DNA of 64,000 nucleotides, from the NCBI GenBank assembly GCA_902610845.1, contig CACLXJ010000004.1, forward strand, positions 7,116 to 71,115. The letters run 5' to 3'. Origin of the DNA: an uncultured Alphaproteobacteria bacterium. GTDB lineage: Bacteria; Pseudomonadota; Alphaproteobacteria; HIMB59; GCA-002718135. Within the stretch, counting starts at the first letter, position 1; each line of letters starts with the position of its first letter. Below are positions 52,177 to 63,367 of the stretch, in pieces. A model generated the notes under the pieces. That model was not told the DNA's origin. It saw only the letters and a list, made by a program, of their open reading frames with translations, and ran no database searches. A program made the translations under genes and the position numbers.

Positions 52177-52962
52177 TTAGTTTTTAAAATCTTTATATAA
52201 AACAAAAGAGTCTAAAATATCACCGTATTTACCTATCTTTCCTCTTACTTCATCATCTATAAGAACTAAAATGTTCCCTGCATTTCCTGCAGTAATATTG
52301 TAATTCAATTTTAACTCATATGTAAATTCTTCATCTTTATCCATTAACTTGCTTAAAACAATATTATTCTCTTCATCTCTTAATTGAAGCCAAGTTGAAT
52401 TTAACATTTTTAATGTAGCAACTGTAGTCAAATTTTCATCAAATTCTATTGATGCTATAGCACTAGAATTATTTATCAAATCACTTTTTTCAATATCACT
52501 ACTTTGAGATAAATTATCAAAAGTATTAGCTTTTTCGACTATAGGTTCTAAACTTTCAGGTATATCTGGAATTAAAGCAAAGTTAATTTCATTATCATTT
52601 TGATCAACGAATAAAAAGTAAAATGAAGTAAATACAACCATGATTATAGAAGCAGCAAAAAATTTTTCTATTTTAAAAAAATTGTTTTCTACTATTGGGG
52701 TAATATTCTTTTTCTCTTCCTTAATATTAAATGATACTTGATCTTTAAATTTTTTGATAATTGTGTCAGCATCTAACTCAAGAAAGTTTGAGTAAGATCT
52801 TAGATGTCCAATATTAAAAATAATATCTGGATTATTTTTTATATTATCATTTTCAAGATCAATAATTATACTTTTAGAAGTTTTTAACTCAATTGATATA
52901 TCGTTAATAGAAAGATTTTTGGAGTTTCTTGCAATTAATAAAATTTGACCTACTGTTTTCAT
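52177..52962 (-). CDS. RodZ-like protein (HTH + TM + DUF4115)
   Basis: TVGQIL..AR, GHLRSYSNFL.L HTH, single TM, TWLQL and AGNAG in the C-terminal domain; upstream of ispG. Confidence 0.82.
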   Translation of the reverse strand: MKTVGQILLIARNSKNLSINDISIELKTSKSIIIDLENDNIKNNPDIIFNIGHLRSYSNFLELDADTIIKKFKDQVSFNIKEEKKNITPIVENNFFKIEKFFAASIIMVVFTSFYFLFVDQNDNEINFALIPDIPESLEPIVEKANTFDNLSQSSDIEKSDLINNSSAIASIEFDENLTTVATLKMLNSTWLQLRDEENNIVLSKLMDKDEEFTYELKLNYNITAGNAGNILVLIDDEVRGKIGKYGDILDSFVLYKDFKN

Positions 52963-54174
52963 TTAATTTCCTAGATTATATGCCTCATGTAGAGATTTTA
53001 CAGCAATTTTTGTAAATTTTTTATTAATTAAGACACTTATCTTTATTTCTGATGTCGAGATAGCTAATATATTAATTGAATTATCGGCTAAAGTTGTAAA
53101 CATTTTCTTTGCTACTCCAGATTGAGACATCATTCCCATACCAATTACTGAAATTTTAGAAATATTACTATTGGTTTCAATAGATTTGAAATCAATTAAA
53201 TTTTGATTTTCTTCTAATATTTTTTTAGCATTATAAATTTCAACATTTGGAACAGTAAAGGTAATATTTGCAGTTACACCATCTTGTGATGTATTTTGAA
53301 CAATCATATCTACGTTAATATTATTATTAGCTAACAATCCAAAAATTGTTGCGGATATACCAGGTTTATCAGCAATACCAGATAAAGTTAGTTTTGATTC
53401 ATTATTACTAAAGCTCACTCCGCTTACAATTTCTTTTTCAATTAATTTATTTTCATCTACAACAAGAGTACCACTTTGTTTTGTTATTGAAGAAAGCACT
53501 TGTAATGTAAGATTATTTTTCATCGCTAATTCAACGGAGCGAGTATGAAGTACTTTTGCTCCAGTAGACGACATTTCTAACATTTCTTCGAATGCTAATT
53601 TATTAATTTTTTTAGCTTTGGGTTCCAGATTTGGATCAGTTGAATAAACACCATCAACATCTGTGTAAATATCACATCTATCAGCATCAACAGCAGCGGC
53701 AACAGCAACTGCAGTTGTATCAGAACCACCCCTTCCTAATGATGTAATCTTTCCATCTATATCGATACCTTGGAATCCAGCAACTACTAAAACATCATAA
53801 TCATTTAGATATTTATCAATTCTAACTTTATCTATGTTTAAGATTTTAGCTTTTTGATGGTTACTGTCTGTTATAATTGGGATTTGCCATCCAAGTAATG
53901 GAATAGATTTAATATTTCTTTTTTTTAAAATAGCCGAAAGAAGTCCAACTGAAACAGCTTCACCAGATGTTAAAATTAAATCATTTTCAATAATCTCATT
54001 TGACTCAATTTCATCTATATATTCTTGCATTTTATTTGTAACGCCTGACATTGCGGATAAAACAACAATTAACTTTTTGTCATTTAGTTGCTTTTCAACA
54101 ATGTTTGCAACATTATTGATTTTATCAATACTGCCAACTGAAGTACCACCAAATTTCATTACTATAAGTTTCAT
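52963..54174 (-). CDS. lysC: Aspartate kinase
   Basis: KFGGTSV, GRGGSDTTA, TDVDGVY, two ACT domains, ISTSEIKIS. Confidence 0.96.
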   Translation of the reverse strand: MKLIVMKFGGTSVGSIDKINNVANIVEKQLNDKKLIVVLSAMSGVTNKMQEYIDEIESNEIIENDLILTSGEAVSVGLLSAILKKRNIKSIPLLGWQIPIITDSNHQKAKILNIDKVRIDKYLNDYDVLVVAGFQGIDIDGKITSLGRGGSDTTAVAVAAAVDADRCDIYTDVDGVYSTDPNLEPKAKKINKLAFEEMLEMSSTGAKVLHTRSVELAMKNNLTLQVLSSITKQSGTLVVDENKLIEKEIVSGVSFSNNESKLTLSGIADKPGISATIFGLLANNNINVDMIVQNTSQDGVTANITFTVPNVEIYNAKKILEENQNLIDFKSIETNSNISKISVIGMGMMSQSGVAKKMFTTLADNSINILAISTSEIKISVLINKKFTKIAVKSLHEAYNLGN

Positions 54175-54237
54175 TGACTTAAATATTTTTTAAATTATTT
54201 CAGCTATTATAATTATTGTTCCTAACAAACAAGTTTT

Positions 54238-54945
54238 ATGATGAATACAAAATCAAAAAATGAAGAATTTACCTTGTTTAATCAACTTTCAGATGAATGG
54301 TGGAATGAAAACGGAAAATTCAAGATTCTTCATCAAATCAAAAGTCATAGAATGACTTATATACTAGATCAAATTGGAAATAGGGACATTAAAAATTTAA
54401 AAATACTGGATGTAGGTTGTGGTGGAGGAATAATTTGTGAGCCACTGGCGAGATTAGGTGCAAAAGTCACGGGAATAGATTTTGTTCCAAATAATATCAG
54501 TGCTGCTAAAATACATTCCAAAAAAAATAAACTTAAAATTAATTATATTCATAAAGATGTTGAAAAATCAAAATTAGATGGAAAATTTGATTTAATACTA
54601 ATGTTTGAAGTTTTAGAACATTTAGATGATTGGAAAAAAACTATTAATAAGATAAAAAAAAATTTAAATAAAAATGGTATAATTATAATTTCCACAATTA
54701 ATAGAAACTCACTTTCTAAATTATTTGCAATTAGTATTGCTGAAAATATTTTAAAATGGATACCTAAAGGAACTCATGATTATTATAAATTAATTAAACC
54801 TGAAGAATTAAAAAAAACTTTAACACAAGAAAACTTTCATTTTAAAAATATTAAAGGTCTTGTTTTTGATCCATTAAGAGGAGAATGGAAATTATCAAAA
54901 AACTTTATGGTCAATTATTTTTGTACTGCAAATTTAATTAATTAG
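54238..54945 (+). CDS. ubiG: Ubiquinone biosynthesis O-methyltransferase
   Basis: WW..GKFKILH, LDVGCGGG, EVLEH, STINR, PKGTH...KLIKPEEL. Confidence 0.93.
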   Translation: MMNTKSKNEEFTLFNQLSDEWWNENGKFKILHQIKSHRMTYILDQIGNRDIKNLKILDVGCGGGIICEPLARLGAKVTGIDFVPNNISAAKIHSKKNKLKINYIHKDVEKSKLDGKFDLILMFEVLEHLDDWKKTINKIKKNLNKNGIIIISTINRNSLSKLFAISIAENILKWIPKGTHDYYKLIKPEELKKTLTQENFHFKNIKGLVFDPLRGEWKLSKNFMVNYFCTANLIN

Positions 54946-55351
54946 TTTTTTTTGTTGAAAAAGGTAATGGTAATACATCAATATGTTCATCCATTAGTTC
55001 TTTAGTTTGTTCAATTGAAGCTTCGCCATAAATTGCACGTTCCTTAGCTTCACCATATTTAATTTTTTTTGCTTCCTCTGTAAATTTATCACCAACATAA
55101 TCAAATTCTTTTTCTATAATCTTTTTTAGCCTTTTAACATTAGAAGCAATTGATTTATTTCTTTTAGAAATTTTTGAATTTGATTTTTTGGCTACATTTG
55201 GAGCCATTAAACCTTTTCTGATTTGAATACTATTACATGAAGGACAAGACACTAACCCTTGTTTAATTTGCTTATTGTAGTCATTCGTATTTTCGAACCA
55301 TCCTTCGAAAGAAAAATCACAATCTGAACAAGAAAGATTAAATACGATCAT
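54938..55351 (-). CDS. DUF1178 family protein
   Basis: MIVFNLSC..FEGWF, CPSC, MAP, YVGDKF.EEA, IYGEA. Confidence 0.88.
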   Translation of the reverse strand: MIVFNLSCSDCDFSFEGWFENTNDYNKQIKQGLVSCPSCNSIQIRKGLMAPNVAKKSNSKISKRNKSIASNVKRLKKIIEKEFDYVGDKFTEEAKKIKYGEAKERAIYGEASIEQTKELMDEHIDVLPLPFSTKKTN

Positions 55352-55356
55352 ATCTA

Positions 55357-55839
55357 TTATATTGTTTCATCTGTTTTTTTTTCAATATCAAAATCAACAT
55401 CTTCAGATTCTAATTGCATAATTAATGAATTTTTTGGAAAATTTAAATTACATACTGTTCCCTTTGACAATGTTACACCCATAAAAGGTTTTAAACTAAT
55501 ATTGATATATTTTTGAGTATTTTGATTTAAAATATCAATTTTTACAAGCTCTTTAAAAATAATAAGTAGAAAATTTTTTTTCAGTTCGAATTTCAATAAT
55601 GATTTGGGAGTTTGGTAAAGGGATAATTTAAAAAAAAGATTTTTTTCAAGAACATTTATATCTTCTTCTAATTCAATATTAGAATTTTGTATTACGAGAT
55701 TTTTTAAAGAAATTTGATCTTGTCTGTTTAAGATTTTTTCTTTCAATATTTCTAAAAAAGTAGTTCCATAGATTTTTTTATTAATATTTTCAGTTTCTTC
55801 TTTAATAATTGCAACTATCTCTTTAAGAATAATATCCAT
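55357..55839 (-). CDS. Hypothetical protein
   Basis: 160-aa ATG ORF filling the gap, 5 nt upstream of the DUF1178 gene; no recognisable motif. Confidence 0.6.
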   Translation of the reverse strand: MDIILKEIVAIIKEETENINKKIYGTTFLEILKEKILNRQDQISLKNLVIQNSNIELEEDINVLEKNLFFKLSLYQTPKSLLKFELKKNFLLIIFKELVKIDILNQNTQKYINISLKPFMGVTLSKGTVCNLNFPKNSLIMQLESEDVDFDIEKKTDETI

Positions 55840-55865
55840 AATTACTTTTTATACTTTATAAAAAA

Positions 55866-56642
55866 ATGATAAACAAAAAATACCTTAAACTATTAAGATC
55901 TAAAGATAGAAAATACGGTGAAAACTTTATATATAATCAAGTAGGTAAAAATATAATTGATTCCTTAGATATTTTAAAAGGTCCTTTTAATGATATTTTG
56001 CAACTTGGAATTAATGATAATGTAGTTATTAATTATATTAAAGAAAAATTTCCCTCTTGTTCTATAACAAGTGCTGATATTGATTTATCTCTTTTTATAA
56101 AAAAAACTGATCAAAAATTAATAGAAATTGATTTGGACAATTTGGTAATTACAAATAAAAAATATGATTTAATTTTTAGTAATTTTTTTTGTCAATTAAC
56201 TTCCAGTTTTGAGAAATTAATAAAAAGTATTTTTAATACCCTTAATTCAAATGGACTTTTTATTGCAACTGTTCCTAGTACTGAAAATATATATCAGCTT
56301 GTAAACTCAATGTATGAAACTGACAATTTTTTGTACGGAGGTATGTATCAAAGAATTAACCCAAGTTTAGATATAAATTATATTTTTAAAATACTTAAAT
56401 TTTATAATTTTGACGCACCTTTAATAAATACTAATAATTTTACTATAGAATATTCAGTTTTTAAAAAACTACTTGATGATGTAAGATTTCTAAATTTATC
56501 TTACTCAGGGACTGATAAAAGAAATTATTTTGAAAATAAGAAATATTTTGTTCATTTGGAAAAACAATTCAAAAAAAATTATTATAAGGAAAATTTTAAT
56601 CTTGATATAGATTATAATACAATTTGTGCTTGGAAAAAATAA
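55866..56642 (+). CDS. SAM-dependent methyltransferase-like protein (NDUFAF5/BioC-like), divergent
   Basis: ILQLG, YDLIFSN, NGLFIAT, RINP, LLDDVR; syntenic with the alphaproteobacterial methyltransferase next to argJ. Confidence 0.7.
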   Translation: MINKKYLKLLRSKDRKYGENFIYNQVGKNIIDSLDILKGPFNDILQLGINDNVVINYIKEKFPSCSITSADIDLSLFIKKTDQKLIEIDLDNLVITNKKYDLIFSNFFCQLTSSFEKLIKSIFNTLNSNGLFIATVPSTENIYQLVNSMYETDNFLYGGMYQRINPSLDINYIFKILKFYNFDAPLINTNNFTIEYSVFKKLLDDVRFLNLSYSGTDKRNYFENKKYFVHLEKQFKKNYYKENFNLDIDYNTICAWKK

Positions 56643-56644
56643 AA

Positions 56645-57856
56645 TTAAGATCTGTAATCAGCATTAATTTTCAAATATTCAAAAGTTAGATCATTTCCAT
56701 AAACGGTATGATAAAACTTACCTAAATTTAATTTTACATTAATTTCCACAATGCTGTTTTTGATATACTGATCGAGTTTTTTTATATTTATTTTTTTACT
56801 AATTGAACCATTTTCACAAACAATATTATTTCCGAATAAAACTCTAATTTTATTTTGATTAATATTTTCTTCAGTTTTACCAATTGCCATTATTACTCTA
56901 CCCCAATTTGCATCTTCTCCTGCTATTGCTGTTTTTACCAAAGGCGAATTAGCAATACTTAATGCTATTTTTTTTGCTTGATTTTTTGATCTTGCATTCA
57001 AAACATTTACTCTTATTAATTTAGAGACACCCTCTCCATCTTTAATTACTTGAAGAGATAAATCATGCATTAATTCATATATTTTGTTATTTAATATTTT
57101 GAAATTTTTTTTACTTAAATTTATATTTTTATTGCCGACAGAAAACATCATTAAAGTATCACTTGTTGATGTATCACTATCTACAGTTATTGAATTAAAT
57201 GTGTTATCTAAATTATTTTTAAGTAATCTAGTCAATAACTGTTTTGAAATTTCACATTCTATAAATATATAGACCAACATTGTTCCCATATTTGGTTGAA
57301 TCATTCCTGATCCTTTTGCTATTCCATAGATATTAAATGATTGATTGTCTAAGATAGTATTTTTAATTGATACCTTTGGAAAAGTATCTGTTGTCATAAT
57401 TGCCTTAGCGCTTTCAAGTAAACTATTTTTATTTTTGGAATTTATTTTTTCAAATTTATTTATAATTAAATTAGGATTAAATTTTTCTCCGATTACACCA
57501 GTAGATGATACTAATACTTCATTAGATTTACATTTAATTTTTTTTGTTAATGCTTTTACATACTTATCAATAATTTTAAGACCATCTTTACCAGTATGCG
57601 CATTTGCATTACCAGCATTAACAACTAACGCTTTAGCCTTACCTTTGTTATTTTTTTTATCCCAAATTATAGGGGCTGAAGGTGTTGATGTTTTTGAATA
57701 AACGCAACTCACATTTATGATTTTATCAAAAATTATTAATAAAAGATCTTTATCTTTTTTTTTAAATCCAGCGTTAAAAGTATAAATATTGAGGCCAGTA
57801 GGATTAAAATCTTTGATTTTTTTTGGCTTAAATATTGAAATCATTTTATTGACCAT
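56645..57856 (-). CDS. argJ: Bifunctional ornithine acetyltransferase/N-acetylglutamate synthase
   Basis: NAGNANA.TG, STGVIG, IMTTDT, KGSGMIQPNMGTML, DGEG, DANWGR, INADYRS. Confidence 0.96.
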   Translation of the reverse strand: MVNKMISIFKPKKIKDFNPTGLNIYTFNAGFKKKDKDLLLIIFDKIINVSCVYSKTSTPSAPIIWDKKNNKGKAKALVVNAGNANAHTGKDGLKIIDKYVKALTKKIKCKSNEVLVSSTGVIGEKFNPNLIINKFEKINSKNKNSLLESAKAIMTTDTFPKVSIKNTILDNQSFNIYGIAKGSGMIQPNMGTMLVYIFIECEISKQLLTRLLKNNLDNTFNSITVDSDTSTSDTLMMFSVGNKNINLSKKNFKILNNKIYELMHDLSLQVIKDGEGVSKLIRVNVLNARSKNQAKKIALSIANSPLVKTAIAGEDANWGRVIMAIGKTEENINQNKIRVLFGNNIVCENGSISKKINIKKLDQYIKNSIVEINVKLNLGKFYHTVYGNDLTFEYLKINADYRS

Positions 57857-57920
57857 ATTTTAGCTTAAATTCCTTTGTAGAAGAAATATTTTTCATATAT
57901 TAACTGCCATCTATCATAAC

Positions 57921-60437
57921 ATGATCAATATCGTTAATAAAATATTTGGTTCTATAAAATCTAATTCACTTAAAAAATATGGTAGTTTTGTAGAGAAAGT
58001 AAATAAACTGGAAGAAGAAATTTCTAAACTTTCAGATCAAGAATTAAAAGATAAAACAAATTTCTTTAAAAATAAATTTAATGAAACTCGATCAATATCC
58101 AAATCATTACCAGAAATATTTGCAGTAGTTAGAGAGACATCAAAAAGAACATTAAATATGAGACACTATGATGTTCAAATAATAGGTGGAATGGTCTTGT
58201 ACGAAAACAAGATAACTGAAATGAAAACAGGAGAAGGAAAAACATTAGTCGCTACTCTAGCTGCCTATGCAAATGCTATAGAAAACTTATCGGTACATAT
58301 TATTACAGTTAATGACTATCTAGCAAAAAGAGATGCAGAATGGATGGGTAAAATATTTAATTTTCTTGGTCTTAGTGTTGGTTGTGTTACTTCGGAAACA
58401 GCTCATGAAGAAAGATCAAATCAATATGATGCAGATATTGTGTATGCAACTAATAATGAGATAGGATTTGATTACTTAAGAGATAATTTAAAAAACGATT
58501 ACAATAACTTATGTTTTAAAAAAAATGCATTTGCCATAGTTGATGAAGTCGACAGTATTTTAATTGATGAAGCTAGAACACCTCTTGTGATATCTGCTGA
58601 ATCAAATTCCGATACTAATTTATTTCCAAAAATAGATAAAATTATAAAAATTCTTAGAGAAAATGATTTTGAAATTAATGAAGAAAGTAAAAGTATTTTA
58701 CTTACTACAGAGGGAATGGAATTTTGTGAAAAATTATTGAAAGAAAATGGAATTATTAAAGAAGGTACGCTTCAGGATTTAGGAAATATGGTTTTGAACC
58801 ATAATATTATCCAAGCACTTAGAGCTCATCATTTATTTATAAAAGATAAAGATTACATAATTAAAGATAGAAGTGTAGTGATCATTGATGAGTTAACTGG
58901 TAGAGCCATGGAAGGTAGAAGATATGGTGATGGATTGCATCAAGCTATAGAAGCAAAAGAAAATTTGGTGATCCAAAAAGAAAATCAAACTATTGCTTCT
59001 GTTACATATCAAAATTTTTTTAGAACATATCATCGTCTAAGTGGTATGACAGGAACTGCCGCAACAGAAGCTAAAGAATTTGAAAGTATATATGATTTGG
59101 AGGTTGTTGAAATTCCTCCTAATATTAAAGTGAACCGTCTTGATAAAAATGATCAAATTTATATGACAAAAAGAGAAAAATACAATGCTGTGTTAGATCT
59201 TGTTAAATCAAGAAACAAAATAAATCAACCAATCCTAATAGGAACTACATCAGTAGAAAATTCTATAAAGATTTCTGATTTATTAAAAAGAGAAAATCTA
59301 AAGCATAATATTCTAAATGCTAAAAATCATATGAGTGAAGCAAAAATTATTGAAGAAGCTGGAATGCCTAGCAATATAACTATTTCAACTAATATGGCAG
59401 GAAGAGGTACTGATATTAAATTGGGAAATGGTGATGTTAATTTAAAAAAAGAAGCAATAGAAGCAGGTGGTTTGCTCATAATTGGCACAGAAAGACACGA
59501 AAGTAGAAGAATAGATAATCAATTAAGAGGTCGGTCAGGTAGACAGGGTGATATAGGAGAAAGTATATTTTTCTTATCATTAGAAGATGACCTAATGAGA
59601 ATATTTGGATCAAAAACTCTTGAAAATGTATTGTCAAAATTAGGCCTCAAAGATGGTGAAGTTATAACTCACTCAATGATTACTAAATCTTTGGAAAGAG
59701 CTCAACAAAAAGTAGAGAGTCATAATTTTGATATGAGAAAACAAATCTTAAAATTTGACGATATATTAAATGATCAAAGAAAAATTATTTACCAAAATAG
59801 AAGAGAAATTCTTAATACCAATGATCAATCTAAAATTATTGAAGATATGATTTATGACTATACTAATTACTTAATTGAATTAACTATTCCCCCTAAAAAA
59901 TATTCTCATGAATGGGATGGAAATTTATTAAAAGAAAAAGTCAAAGAAACTTTTGCTTTAGATATACCAGCTTCAAAATGGTTAGATGAAGAAGGCGTTG
60001 ATGATGAAGAGATTAAAAAAAGGTTACTTGATGAAATAAATCAAAAATATAGAGAAAAACAACATCAATACTCAGCTGAATTATTTAAATTTGCAGAAAA
60101 AAGAGTAATGTTATTTCAAATAGACAAAGACTGGAGAGATCATCTAGCGGCAATGGATTCTTTACGTGGTAGTGTCAATTTAAGAGCAATGGGAGGTAAA
60201 GATCCATTTTATGAGTACAAAAAAGAATCTTTTGATTATTTTGATGAGATGCTTTCTAACCAAAATGAAAGAGTTTTAAAAACTTTATTTAATATTAAGC
60301 TTGTTAGTGATAATAGTAATAATTCTTCTAAAGAGCAAACTAAGGAACCTAGAAGAATAATTACAAAAAAAATAGGTAGAAATGAACCTTGTCCATGCGG
60401 TTCAGGTAAAAAATATAAACAATGTCATGGCAATTAA
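57921..60437 (+). CDS. secA: Protein translocase ATPase SecA
   Basis: [35 protein letters not shown]-terminal SEC-C motif [18 protein letters not shown]. Confidence 0.98.
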   Translation: MINIVNKIFGSIKSNSLKKYGSFVEKVNKLEEEISKLSDQELKDKTNFFKNKFNETRSISKSLPEIFAVVRETSKRTLNMRHYDVQIIGGMVLYENKITEMKTGEGKTLVATLAAYANAIENLSVHIITVNDYLAKRDAEWMGKIFNFLGLSVGCVTSETAHEERSNQYDADIVYATNNEIGFDYLRDNLKNDYNNLCFKKNAFAIVDEVDSILIDEARTPLVISAESNSDTNLFPKIDKIIKILRENDFEINEESKSILLTTEGMEFCEKLLKENGIIKEGTLQDLGNMVLNHNIIQALRAHHLFIKDKDYIIKDRSVVIIDELTGRAMEGRRYGDGLHQAIEAKENLVIQKENQTIASVTYQNFFRTYHRLSGMTGTAATEAKEFESIYDLEVVEIPPNIKVNRLDKNDQIYMTKREKYNAVLDLVKSRNKINQPILIGTTSVENSIKISDLLKRENLKHNILNAKNHMSEAKIIEEAGMPSNITISTNMAGRGTDIKLGNGDVNLKKEAIEAGGLLIIGTERHESRRIDNQLRGRSGRQGDIGESIFFLSLEDDLMRIFGSKTLENVLSKLGLKDGEVITHSMITKSLERAQQKVESHNFDMRKQILKFDDILNDQRKIIYQNRREILNTNDQSKIIEDMIYDYTNYLIELTIPPKKYSHEWDGNLLKEKVKETFALDIPASKWLDEEGVDDEEIKKRLLDEINQKYREKQHQYSAELFKFAEKRVMLFQIDKDWRDHLAAMDSLRGSVNLRAMGGKDPFYEYKKESFDYFDEMLSNQNERVLKTLFNIKLVSDNSNNSSKEQTKEPRRIITKKIGRNEPCPCGSGKKYKQCHGN

Positions 60438-61372
60438 ATATCTGAAGTAATATTCAGATATTTATCTTTTCTTATTTTGACTAAATCTTCGATTGAAATT
60501 TGCTTCAATTCATTCATAAAAAATTTAATTTTTTCTTTTAATATTTCAGCTTGTTTTACAGGATGTCTATGTGCACCACCAAATGGTTCCGGGATTATAT
60601 CATCAATAATTTTAAAATTTTTACAATCTTTAGAAGTTAGTTTCAGAGTTTTTGCTGCTTCTTGAGAAAATTCTGTATTTCGCCATAAAATAGAAGCACA
60701 CCCTTCAGGGGAGATCACCGAATATATTGAATGTTCAAGCATTAATACCCTATCAGAGGTTGCTATCCCTATTGCTCCACCAGACCCACCTTCTCCAATT
60801 ATTACAGATATTGTAGGTGTTTTTACTTTTAAAAAATTAAGTATTGATGAAGCTATAGATTCTGATTGCCCTCTTTCCTCAGCATCCTTCCCCGGAAATG
60901 CGCCTGCTGTATCTACAAATGATATTAATGGTAATTTAAATTTTTCTGCTAATTTCAATAATCTTTGAACTTTTCTATACCCCTCTGGTTTAGCCATGCC
61001 AAAGTTATGTTTAATTCTTGTTTCCATTGTATTTCCTTTTTCAGTGCCAACAAAAAAAACTGAATTACCATCAATTTTTGCTAACCCACCCAATATTGCA
61101 TTATCATCAGCATATTTCTTATCCCCATGTAAAAGTACAATGTCATCAAAAATTTGCTTAGTGTAGTCTAGTGTATGCGGTCTTTCTCCGTGACGAGAAA
61201 CTTGAACTTTTTGCCAAGGATCTAAATTTGAATAAATTTTTTTATATAATTCATTTTTTTCTTTATCTAATTTTTTGATTCTATCATCATTTAATTCTTT
61301 ATTATTTTCTAACCGATTTAAAACTGATTCAATTTTTTCTATTTCAGTTTCAAATTCAAAATATTTAATCAT
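60434..61372 (-). CDS. accA: Acetyl-CoA carboxylase carboxyltransferase alpha subunit
   Basis: [47 protein letters not shown]. Confidence 0.97.
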   Translation of the reverse strand: MIKYFEFETEIEKIESVLNRLENNKELNDDRIKKLDKEKNELYKKIYSNLDPWQKVQVSRHGERPHTLDYTKQIFDDIVLLHGDKKYADDNAILGGLAKIDGNSVFFVGTEKGNTMETRIKHNFGMAKPEGYRKVQRLLKLAEKFKLPLISFVDTAGAFPGKDAEERGQSESIASSILNFLKVKTPTISVIIGEGGSGGAIGIATSDRVLMLEHSIYSVISPEGCASILWRNTEFSQEAAKTLKLTSKDCKNFKIIDDIIPEPFGGAHRHPVKQAEILKEKIKFFMNELKQISIEDLVKIRKDKYLNITSDI

Positions 61373-61373
61373 A

Positions 61374-63143
61374 TTATATTATGAATTTATAATTTTTAAA
61401 TATCTCTAATATTAAATTTCTAAACAATACCCCGTCATTATAAATTAAATATCCTTTAAGTATAAGTTTAAGATGTTCTGGATGTATATCATTCCAATTT
61501 TTATGGTTTAAAGAAATTAATGAATAAATAAGGAATTTATCATCATTATTATTAATAATACTATTTTTAATTTCATTGTATAGTAATATTGATGGCATTA
61601 ATCTTTCATCAAAAATTTTGTCTAAATTAATATTGGTGTCAACTTTTATATCTAAATTCATTACATCTTTTAAAACAAAAAATAATTCTTCATTTTCATT
61701 ATTTTCATCATAAATATAGTTTCCTAAAGTTAGATCTAGAGAATTTATAAATAAATCTAAGTTATTGGTAGAATATAAATCTAATAATACTCTTGTATAT
61801 ATACTTTTTGCATCTACTTCTTTTGCATTTTCATATAATTCTATCCATGCAAGTGCTTTTTCAAAATTATTGTTAAATATATAAGCAGATGCTATTTTTG
61901 GTCCAAAATTTATATTTTCTGAATTAGCTTCAATAGAACCCAACATATTATTTGATAGTTTATAAGCTATTTCTTCTAGGTTGTTTTGTTTTGCAAAGTC
62001 CCAAAATTCAACTAAAGCATTTAATCTATCATTTGGAAAAATTTGAATATTTACTAATTGAAATAAAAAAGCCATGCTCAACTCTTTATTATTTGATAAA
62101 GAATCTATTGTATTTTTCGAATTGTTAAATTGATCTGAATTAAAATCAGCAGACATATATAATGCAGCTAAACTATCTACAGTAATTAAATTTTCTAGAA
62201 AACTTTCATTAGCTGCTTTAATTCTTAAGTCAATAGGTGAAGCTTGATTTAATATTATTGGAATTGATAAATTCTTTTTATCAAGCTCATAAAATTCGTG
62301 TGAAAATGGAAGTTCAGCAATCCTTGTCATTGCACTATATAAAAAAATTAATTCTTTATTAATCTCAGAATTTTTATTTTCATCCTCAACAATTAATTGA
62401 TCTGCTGAGTTCGTTATAAGTGAAAATAAATTTTGATAATAATTGTCTGCATTGTTTTCGGACTCTACTAAAATAGAATTTAATAATGTAGCCTCAGATA
62501 TATTATTACTTAATATTAAACAGAATATGTCAAGTTTTTCTAGAAAGAAGTAGTCTAAAACAATATTTGAGTTTAGTTCTTCTCTAAAACTACATGCTTC
62601 GTTAAGCCGAAAAGTTGACAAAAGATAATTTAATCTAACACTAGTATAAAAATTAAAATTTTTGTCATTATTTAATTCATATTTTTCAATTAATTCAAAG
62701 GACTTATTAATTTGACCAATTGATTTAAAGTAATTTACAATTAAGAAGAGTATTTCTCTATCTTGCTCAATTTCTAAATCTAATTGTTGATTTTCTAAAA
62801 CTTCAATTATTTCTCTTTGAAGAGATTTAGAATTAATATTTTGAAGATTATTAAAATAATTATTTAAATCCTTTATCTGATTTTTGAAAATAAAACTGTC
62901 TTTTACAATTTCAATTTGTTCTACTTCTACATCACTAGTAGTAACTTCTTTATCTGCATCATCTACAACTGTATTTTCAACTACTTCATTGACGTTATTT
63001 TCATTGTTTAGATTTTCTAAAACCATTTGATCTAAGCTCTTACTTTCATGTAAATTAATTACCTCTAGTTCACTATTTTCTAACTCATTTGCAGAAATTA
63101 AATTAGAAAAAAAAAACAAGATAATAATAAAAATAAGTTTCAT
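61374..63143 (-). CDS. Conserved hypothetical exported helical protein
   Basis: 589-aa ORF with signal peptide, acidic N-terminal region and two conserved-looking Cys (EAC, IFC); located between aroK and accA. Confidence 0.75.
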   Translation of the reverse strand: MKLIFIIILFFFSNLISANELENSELEVINLHESKSLDQMVLENLNNENNVNEVVENTVVDDADKEVTTSDVEVEQIEIVKDSFIFKNQIKDLNNYFNNLQNINSKSLQREIIEVLENQQLDLEIEQDREILFLIVNYFKSIGQINKSFELIEKYELNNDKNFNFYTSVRLNYLLSTFRLNEACSFREELNSNIVLDYFFLEKLDIFCLILSNNISEATLLNSILVESENNADNYYQNLFSLITNSADQLIVEDENKNSEINKELIFLYSAMTRIAELPFSHEFYELDKKNLSIPIILNQASPIDLRIKAANESFLENLITVDSLAALYMSADFNSDQFNNSKNTIDSLSNNKELSMAFLFQLVNIQIFPNDRLNALVEFWDFAKQNNLEEIAYKLSNNMLGSIEANSENINFGPKIASAYIFNNNFEKALAWIELYENAKEVDAKSIYTRVLLDLYSTNNLDLFINSLDLTLGNYIYDENNENEELFFVLKDVMNLDIKVDTNINLDKIFDERLMPSILLYNEIKNSIINNNDDKFLIYSLISLNHKNWNDIHPEHLKLILKGYLIYNDGVLFRNLILEIFKNYKFII

Positions 63144-63268
63144 TTTAGATTTAGCGTATATTTTTCTGTAATAACTATTGATGGTGAAGGAATGTCAATC
63201 ATATAAAGTGCAGCAAATATGATTATTGTTAATACTGCAAAAAGATATATAATGTATTTGTTTTTCAT
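63140..63268 (-). CDS. Small single-TM protein (42 aa; not in ORF track)
   Basis: MKNKYIIYLFAVLTIIIFAALYMIDIPSPSIVITEKYTLNLK*; its stop overlaps the next start (ATGA). Confidence 0.75.
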   Translation of the reverse strand: MKNKYIIYLFAVLTIIIFAALYMIDIPSPSIVITEKYTLNLK

Positions 63269-63367
63269 ATATAATATTAAAAAAATGATTAATATATGTT
63301 TTTACCATTTTTTTAAGTTTTTTCCAATTTCAACAAAAATTTGTCAATAATAAGAAATAAGTAAAAT

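Noticed and set aside
24880-60665. Short ORFs at 24880, 30288, 36533, 40190, 45864, 47008, 49598, 50107, 50802, 51283, 51640, 57084, 57345, 60477
   Set aside because: Nested in alternative frames or antisense to conserved genes; no independent coding evidence.
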